IMG/VR virus record: IMGVR_UViG_3300005298_000004
DNA from: a virus
Reading direction: 5' to 3' (one strand)
Length of the DNA: 23,262 nt
Part shown: piece after piece, positions 17,766-23,262 of the stretch
How positions within the stretch are numbered: position 1 is the first letter of the stretch
How the letters are laid out: every line of letters begins with the position of its first letter
The notes under the pieces: model-generated
Database searches by the model: none
The model's input: only the letters and a program-made list of their open reading frames with translations
What the model was told of the DNA's origin: nothing
Translations under genes and position numbers: made by a program

Positions 17766-17800
17766 TTTGCATCACCTCTATGTAATAGTTATGTAACTAA

Positions 17801-17818
17801 AGGTATATATACTTTTCC
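17801..17818 (-). promoter_or_regulatory. BRE-TATA promoter (GGAAAAG-TATATATA) of the RHH operon, immediately beyond the IS right end
   Basis: Canonical spacing upstream of the SD and ATG 17765. Confidence 0.6.
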
Positions 17819-17825
17819 AAAACTA

Positions 17826-18947
17826 TTACTTGACATTCTCCACGGCTAAAGCCGGGAGATTCTCCCTTCTCAGCCCCAGAGCATTCGGAACTTCCTTCAT
17901 CTGCCCCGGGACATCACATGGAGTTTCGGGCTGTGTCAAATCAGCCCCTACCTTGGACATATAGCCCAAGGCTCGTTTTAAGATGTTTAGAGCTCCATTA
18001 TAATCTGCGTTCAGCTCAACTCCGCATTTACTGCAAACAAATTTTCCGTTGCGTCTCAAACCTTGAGAACCACAACGGGAGCATATTCTGGATGTATTAG
18101 CTTCATTAACCTTTATAACTGCTATTCCTTCCCATAAGGCTTTGTATTCAATAAATTTGGACAAGCGATAATATGGAAATGTGTTTAGCTTTCTGTTGAA
18201 CTTTCTTCCTTTATTTTGTTTTCTAATTCCTTTCAAATCACCAAGAACTATTACGGCATTTTCTTCTTTAGCTTTGTTAACTATCTCTTTTGAAATTTTA
18301 TGTAGTAAGTCGTCAACCATTCTTCTTTCTTTATTTCCAATCTTTTTTATCGCTTTAAACTTCTTCAGTTTACCCAATTTCCTTCTGAGATGGAAATAAT
18401 GTCCTCGAATTCTTCTGAGTTCTTTTCCGTAGAACCTCGGCTTGCCGTCGGCAGTAGAAACGACTGTAGCGATATTTCTAATCCCTAAATCAATAGCTAT
18501 AACGTTCTCATATTCCTTCTTAATTTCTACTTCTTTCTCCATCGTTATATGCACGAACCATCCGTTTTTCTTTCTTATAACCTTGGCTTCCTTAAACTTC
18601 CAACTCAAATCTATTTCACAATGCGGTCTTATTGGCAGTTTTATACCACCTCTGACTCCATGAACCGGTATTTTAATCCAATATTTTGATAACTTGTTGT
18701 TAGTTATCCGCACATCATAAACGTCATTACGAAGAATAAGAGGATACTCTTTTTGCTTGAGCTTTCCTCTTTGTTTTCTGATTTTCCTTAATAGTCTTTC
18801 AGCCTGTTGTTTGGTCGCAGAATAAAGTTCGACATCTTCTCCCCTTAAAGCCTTCTGAAAGTTATTGTATTCTTTCTCAAGGGCTTTCAGCTTTCTGCTA
18901 TTTGCTTCATCCATGATTTTGGCCTTGATGACTTTTCTAACCAGCAT
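17826..18947 (-). CDS. tnpB: TnpB RNA-guided nuclease
   Basis: RuvC-I IAIDLG, RuvC-II region IVLGDL...VNEANTS, Zn finger CSRCG/CSKCG, RuvC-III NADYNGALNI; TAATG coupling to tnpA. Confidence 0.95.
   Translation of the reverse strand: MLVRKVIKAKIMDEANSRKLKALEKEYNNFQKALRGEDVELYSATKQQAERLLRKIRKQRGKLKQKEYPLILRNDVYDVRITNNKLSKYWIKIPVHGVRGGIKLPIRPHCEIDLSWKFKEAKVIRKKNGWFVHITMEKEVEIKKEYENVIAIDLGIRNIATVVSTADGKPRFYGKELRRIRGHYFHLRRKLGKLKKFKAIKKIGNKERRMVDDLLHKISKEIVNKAKEENAVIVLGDLKGIRKQNKGRKFNRKLNTFPYYRLSKFIEYKALWEGIAVIKVNEANTSRICSRCGSQGLRRNGKFVCSKCGVELNADYNGALNILKRALGYMSKVGADLTQPETPCDVPGQMKEVPNALGLRRENLPALAVENVK
17830..17990 (-). ncRNA. Predicted omegaRNA/reRNA scaffold overlapping the tnpB 3' end; 5' boundary approximate
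   Basis: Established for TnpB elements: the scaffold derives from the right end and the guide from flanking DNA (here GTAATAGTTTTGGAAAAG...). GC-richer, hairpin-containing region. Confidence 0.5.
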
Positions 18948-19339
18948 TATCTCCCTCTCTGAGCCTCAATATACTTCTCGACTGTTTCTTTTGAAACATT
19001 GCCGATAGTTGCAACGAAGTATGAATGAGTCCACAGCGATGGGAGTTTTAGTAGTTCAGGGAACTCTTGCCTTAAAATGCGGGAAGTTCTGCCCTTTATC
19101 TTCCTTACAATCTTATGAACTGGAATTGTTGGATGAGCTGAAATGAACAAATGTATGTGATCTGAATTTACTGTAAGTTCGATAACCTTAATCCCTAATT
19201 CTTCTGCAACCTCATAAATAATTTGTTTCAATCTTTCCTTGATTTTTCCAATCAAAACTGGTTTTCTACGTTTAGAACACCAAACCAAATGATACTGAAT
19301 TAAATACACCTTATTTTTTGAATGTTGATAGTCGTTCAT
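18947..19339 (-). CDS. tnpA: IS200-type Y1 HUH transposase
   Basis: YHLVW..K.RK, DHIHL (HUH), LW..SYFV, YIEAQ catalytic Tyr. Confidence 0.95.
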   Translation of the reverse strand: MNDYQHSKNKVYLIQYHLVWCSKRRKPVLIGKIKERLKQIIYEVAEELGIKVIELTVNSDHIHLFISAHPTIPVHKIVRKIKGRTSRILRQEFPELLKLPSLWTHSYFVATIGNVSKETVEKYIEAQRGR

Positions 19340-19365
19340 CTATAAACAATTAGTGTCGTTGTATT

Positions 19366-19399
19366 TAAACTTATCGATAATCTAAACTTATCGACAATC
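19366..19399. repeat. 17-bp tandem direct repeat in the tnpA promoter region
   Basis: TAAACTTATCGATAATC / TAAACTTATCGACAATC (1 mismatch), abutting the TTTAAATA box about 25 nt upstream of tnpA. Confidence 0.85.
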
Positions 19400-19535
19400 C
19401 CATTCACCTCTCCTAATTCATCTTATGATTAAAATCATGAGCTTTCTTAACGACTTTATTGTAATCTTTTCTTAGCCATCCATAACGCATAACTTTTTGC
19501 CACCTCTAAACAACATTTTTAGAGCTGAAAAAAGA

Positions 19536-20648
19536 TTACAAAATACTCTTCAAGGATTCCGCAAGAGCTTTTGCCATCAACGGAGGAACTGCATTACCAA
19601 TCTGCTTGAATGCTGAAGTCATCGATTTTGGAAATATGAACGTATCGGGAAAGCTCTGAAGCCTTGCAGCTTCTCTAACTGAAATCGTTCGAGGGGGTTC
19701 TGGTTCGTCAGGTCGGCTTGGATATATATAACTGCGTGTATCTTTAAATATATTAGCTACGATTGTCCATGATGGAGCATTTCTTATCAGCTTTCTGTAT
19801 TTTTCTTTGAAAATCTTACCACGATATCTTCTTAATTCTAATGGCACATCTGAATAAAGACCGCCTTCGGGTAATATTGAAAATATGTATAAATCTTGTT
19901 CATTATGCCATCTTGTTACATGGTTATAAAGTGTATTACCTGCATTTTCACGCATCATTTTTTGATATTTTGTAAGCTTGCAACGTGGACTATAAGGCAT
20001 TTCTGCAATTCTGAAGCCGTGTGGTATTATAGGTAAATCAGAAATTGCTTCCCACACTGTAACGGGGGTATCTGTAGTTTTTTCTGGAAAAGGTATATCA
20101 TTACTAATTCTTGAACCAACTAAAAATAATCTTTTTCGAATTTGTGGAACTCCATAATCTGCAGAATTTAAAACTTTATACTTTACAAAATATCCGAGGT
20201 CATTTGCAACTTTAGCAATTAATTCAGGCATTAATTGATTTAGATATTTTACACTTAACATACCCTGAACATTTTCTATTACAAATAAATCTGGCTTTAA
20301 ATCTTCAACAAAACGCATGAAATGAGTCCATAAAAACGTGCGGGGGTCGTCAATAGGATTTCTACCAAGCGATTTCAATACACATCTACCGATTGAACTG
20401 AAAGTCTGACATGGAACACCTGCAATAATTGCGTCTACATACTCCATTTCGGTATGTTCAATGAAAAATTCCTTAGGTTTTTTGATTTTAGAAATATCTG
20501 CAAGAACAGCATGTCCTATGTTTTTAGAATACGTCTCTACGCACTTATTATCAAAATCAATCCCTAATACGGATTTAAATCCAGCCATTTCGAATCCGAG
20601 ACTTAATCCTCCCGCACCGCAAAAAAGATCCAAAATATATTTGGTCAT
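19536..20648 (-). CDS. dcm: DNA (cytosine-5) methyltransferase
   Basis: Motifs I FCGAGG, IV GVPCQ, VI ENV, VIII Q.RKR, IX RLQSFPD, X GNAV; SD GAGGTGA; no cognate restriction enzyme recognised in the window. Confidence 0.95.
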   Translation of the reverse strand: MTKYILDLFCGAGGLSLGFEMAGFKSVLGIDFDNKCVETYSKNIGHAVLADISKIKKPKEFFIEHTEMEYVDAIIAGVPCQTFSSIGRCVLKSLGRNPIDDPRTFLWTHFMRFVEDLKPDLFVIENVQGMLSVKYLNQLMPELIAKVANDLGYFVKYKVLNSADYGVPQIRKRLFLVGSRISNDIPFPEKTTDTPVTVWEAISDLPIIPHGFRIAEMPYSPRCKLTKYQKMMRENAGNTLYNHVTRWHNEQDLYIFSILPEGGLYSDVPLELRRYRGKIFKEKYRKLIRNAPSWTIVANIFKDTRSYIYPSRPDEPEPPRTISVREAARLQSFPDTFIFPKSMTSAFKQIGNAVPPLMAKALAESLKSIL

Positions 20649-20704
20649 GCTTTATCACCTCTCATGTATTTTTGATATTACTTTCAATGAATATATATTT
20701 TATC

Positions 20705-20842
20705 TTATCGATTTATTGAACATACTGGAAAATCATCTAACTCATGATACATACAAGTTCCGTCTTCATCAATTTCAATGTAATCTAAATCACACCACCC
20801 CCCATGATTATATTTACATTTTGAAAAGCACCTAATCGCCAT
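20705..20842 (-). CDS. 45-aa Cys-rich protein, DUF1540-like (below the ORF-track cutoff)
   Basis: MAIRCFSKCKYNHGGWCDLDYIEIDEDGTCMYHELDDFPVCSINR*; TGATG coupling to hjc and upstream GGTGA. Confidence 0.65.
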   Translation of the reverse strand: MAIRCFSKCKYNHGGWCDLDYIEIDEDGTCMYHELDDFPVCSINR

Positions 20843-21231
20843 CACTCATCACCTAAAAGAATGTCACGATTCATTTTTATATCATTTTTAAGTTTAAAAA
20901 ATTCGTCAATAGTCAAGATTTTGGTAATCCATCTTCCTTTGAATCTAAAACGAATCGCAAGCATCACTTTTACGTTGAAATCCTTTTCGAACTGCCTTAA
21001 CTCCTCAATTTCTTTTTTGCTGATTCGTGGTAGCTGATTTAGCTTTGAGGTCTTTTTACACTGAATGCATAAAGGTTTTTCATATTCTGTTGAAGCCCTG
21101 GGTATGGCGATAACGTCGCAAAGCCTATGACTTCCTGCACTTCTTATTGTGTAATAACCCTCTTTCTCAAGCTGTTTCATTACGAACTCTTCAAGAACGT
21201 AGCCTCTGCGATAAAAAGTAGTTTTAGACAT
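20842..21231 (-). CDS. hjc: Archaeal-type Holliday junction resolvase
   Basis: RG...E....L...GY..IRSAGS...DVIA...IQCK pattern. Confidence 0.88.
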   Translation of the reverse strand: MSKTTFYRRGYVLEEFVMKQLEKEGYYTIRSAGSHRLCDVIAIPRASTEYEKPLCIQCKKTSKLNQLPRISKKEIEELRQFEKDFNVKVMLAIRFRFKGRWITKILTIDEFFKLKNDIKMNRDILLGDE

Positions 21232-21233
21232 TG

Positions 21234-21938
21234 TTAATCACCCGGATTCTCATATTCAGGAACTCCGCCACGCTTTCTGATTTCGTATTCGATAGAATCA
21301 TTAATTCCGTTATAGATGTTATCTGAAATCGTAAAGATGAATCCAAGAATCGTTAGCATCAATGAAAGCTTATCTTCGAATTTATGATATTTATTTATGT
21401 TCCATAAATCATTCAAAACTACATTAACAAATTCATCGATTTTTTCAGTATCTTCTTTAAATTGATTTTTTAGTTGCTCAACGTCAAAGCCCCTTACGAA
21501 ATAAATGACGCTTTTGATGATGCTTAAAATTATGTTGTAAGTATACTCTATAACGAGAAAAACCGTAGGATTATTTTCGAAATCCTCAGCAACCACTTTA
21601 AGAAGTTCTAAAAGATGATTCAAGCTTGCTAAAAGTATATTGACCTCAAACCATAAGGAATGCTTCATCATGCTCTTTATTACGTTTATTGAATCAGTAG
21701 TCAGTTTATCGCTTAATTTCATCACTTTTTTAGCAAGTTTATCCGATATAGCACTTTCAAGCACCCTCAAAAAGCCTATAGATATAACGTTGATTTTGTT
21801 AATCTCTAAAGAAAGCCCTGTCAGCAGTGTAACGCTTCTCATAAACATCAAATCCGTCTCTGAAACCGGCGTGAACTCATATGCGTCAAAGAACTTATTT
21901 TCAAGTATTTTATCTACAACATTTTCGTCCCCCTTCAT
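21234..21938 (-). CDS. Hypothetical 234-aa alpha-helical protein
   Basis: Long in-operon ORF; CAAAAAG-TATTATAT promoter about 27 nt upstream. Confidence 0.8.
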   Translation of the reverse strand: MKGDENVVDKILENKFFDAYEFTPVSETDLMFMRSVTLLTGLSLEINKINVISIGFLRVLESAISDKLAKKVMKLSDKLTTDSINVIKSMMKHSLWFEVNILLASLNHLLELLKVVAEDFENNPTVFLVIEYTYNIILSIIKSVIYFVRGFDVEQLKNQFKEDTEKIDEFVNVVLNDLWNINKYHKFEDKLSLMLTILGFIFTISDNIYNGINDSIEYEIRKRGGVPEYENPGD

Positions 21939-22004
21939 GATATAATATTTGTAGCAACTGCTATATAATACTTTTTGTCTTAAAGTTCAAGACAAAAAAG
22001 TTTT

Positions 22005-22679
22005 TTATATCAAACCCAGCTCAAGCAATTCTGCAACAGTATCTGATGTGCATTTTTCGTAAAAAGGACAGGAATCGCAGAATTGCCTTCTTGCGGATAA
22101 CGGAAGGTTTACTTCTGGCGGAATATCGTTATCAAGTGCTTTTTTCAGCAATTTTGCTTTTTCAAGGGTCTGCTGGAACATTCGATGATTTTTTTCGCAT
22201 TCGAAAACTACGGTATCGGCTTGAACTTTCGATATATAAACCAAATAACCGATTTTTTTATCCAGTATATTCATGTATACGTTTAACTGCTCAACATGGG
22301 ACAATTTTGGCTTAATTGGAAGTTTACTGCATGTTTTCAGCTCAATAATGGAATCATCAAGAAGAACATCAACACGTCCGTGAATCTCCACATCTTCAAA
22401 TTTATAATTTATTGATACCTCTTTCTGCCCTTTAAATGCCTCTGCAATGGCTGGAGTGATTAAATCATGAAATAATCCGCCGAACAATAGCCATAAAGCT
22501 GTTGATTCATCAACTTGAAATCCATATTTTTTTATGTAATAACTGCGTCTTATACAGCCCACAAGGTCTGTAACATAAATCTTTTTGTTTTCCTTAATTC
22601 CGTTTTTAGTTGCTGAATTGATGAGTGTCTGCTTTACAAGATTCTTCAATTTTTGAGAATAATCGTTATTGCCAAGCAT
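22005..22679 (-). CDS. cas4: Solo Cas4-like (RecB-type, 4Fe-4S) nuclease
   Basis: VTDL..C.RR.YY, G..FH, GRVD, IELKT, QL..Y, CDSCPFYEKC; no CRISPR array or other cas gene in the window. Confidence 0.88.
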   Translation of the reverse strand: MLGNNDYSQKLKNLVKQTLINSATKNGIKENKKIYVTDLVGCIRRSYYIKKYGFQVDESTALWLLFGGLFHDLITPAIAEAFKGQKEVSINYKFEDVEIHGRVDVLLDDSIIELKTCSKLPIKPKLSHVEQLNVYMNILDKKIGYLVYISKVQADTVVFECEKNHRMFQQTLEKAKLLKKALDNDIPPEVNLPLSARRQFCDSCPFYEKCTSDTVAELLELGLI

Positions 22680-23223
22680 ATAGCTCCACCACGTTTTTTA
22701 TAGTGTTATTTCTGATTAGCTTTTTCTGCAATTTATAGTTATGCATCAAAAACTGAATACGTTCATATGTAAGTAATTCTAAAGTCATCCATTCGATTTT
22801 TGCTTTCAATTTAGATTTCATTCTACCCTGACATTTGAAATAAACATGTCCGAGAAAAGTATTGTGATATACGGCAAAATCTTTGTATTTTGGATAAAAA
22901 ATCGCAGGATAAACCATGCATTGAAATGGTCTAACGTCATAAATCGTGCATTTACCATTATCATAAAAAATGCAGTAACTCGTATTATTGATTTGTTTTG
23001 TTTTTATAGATACGGTATAATAATTAGGTTCAAGCAAAAACACCCTATCAAAATGAACCCCTAAATAGCGTAAAATATCAATCATTTCGGGTATCGTTAC
23101 GAGTATTCTGTTATTTTGACAGCAATAACCGCATCTTTGACAACTATCTTCAAATCTTAAATGTTGCTTAACAAATTCCTTAATTTTTTTATCCCAGTCT
23201 ATTAAATATTCGATTTTATTCAT
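22666..23223 (-). CDS. YkgJ/UPF0153-family (CxxCxxCC) Fe-S or Zn cluster protein
   Basis: CQRCGYCC...CIFY...CTIYDVRPFQC..YP. Confidence 0.85.
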   Translation of the reverse strand: MNKIEYLIDWDKKIKEFVKQHLRFEDSCQRCGYCCQNNRILVTIPEMIDILRYLGVHFDRVFLLEPNYYTVSIKTKQINNTSYCIFYDNGKCTIYDVRPFQCMVYPAIFYPKYKDFAVYHNTFLGHVYFKCQGRMKSKLKAKIEWMTLELLTYERIQFLMHNYKLQKKLIRNNTIKNVVELYAWQ

Positions 23224-23262
23224 TTTTCTACACCAGTCTTTTTTTATGTAAATAAAATAAAT

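Larger units (their letters stand above)
17830..19460 (-). mobile_element. IS200/IS605-family element (IS608-like; tnpA plus tnpB)
   Basis: Right end GAAT-CTCCCGGCT-TT-AGCCG-T-GGAG-AATG-TCAA (bulged-T hairpin, ends at 17830). Left end TTAC (19461-19464), then 19 nt ending in AAAG, then imperfect hairpin 19422-19441. Matches the IS608 guide/cleavage tetranucleotides. Confidence 0.85.

Noticed and set aside
17826-18947. Catalytically dead TnpB (TldR-like)
   Set aside because: The missing RuvC-II Glu is plausibly replaced by the downstream Glu of the rearranged site; both Asp residues are intact.
21950-21965. TAGCA-AC-TGCTA palindrome as an operator for the 234-aa gene
   Set aside because: Only a 5-bp stem and no second copy noticed; could be chance.
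22005-22679. CRISPR-Cas locus
   Set aside because: No repeat-spacer array and no cas1/cas2 or effector genes; solo Cas4-like nucleases are common in archaeal viruses.

Overview
AT-rich (roughly 30-33% GC by eye), almost entirely minus-strand segment of an archaeal virus genome, most likely a filamentous dsDNA virus of class Tokiviricetes (realm Adnaviria). Key marker: a 121-aa SIRV2-like major capsid protein (15937-16302) next to a GT4 glycosyltransferase, with a second 409-aa protein carrying an MCP-like C-terminal domain. Hjc resolvase and a solo Cas4-like nuclease, both typical of rudiviruses, are also present. Left 14.7 kb: virion/terminal-fibre module (1494-aa helical protein, two repeat-shaft fibre proteins, two tail-collar-like proteins, sulfotransferase, small membrane protein, and a >256-aa gene running off the left edge that the ORF track missed). 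Right 7 kb: small regulatory and Cys-rich proteins, a C5 DNA methyltransferase, Hjc, Cas4-like and YkgJ-type Fe-S proteins, and an IS608-like IS200/IS605 element (about 17830-19460) whose TnpB has a rearranged, Fanzor-type RuvC site. Most unusual: a DUF2341 plus ConA-like module appears split between two fibre genes in permuted order, overlapping at an IIRF motif. All family assignments are motif recognition from memory; no searches were run.
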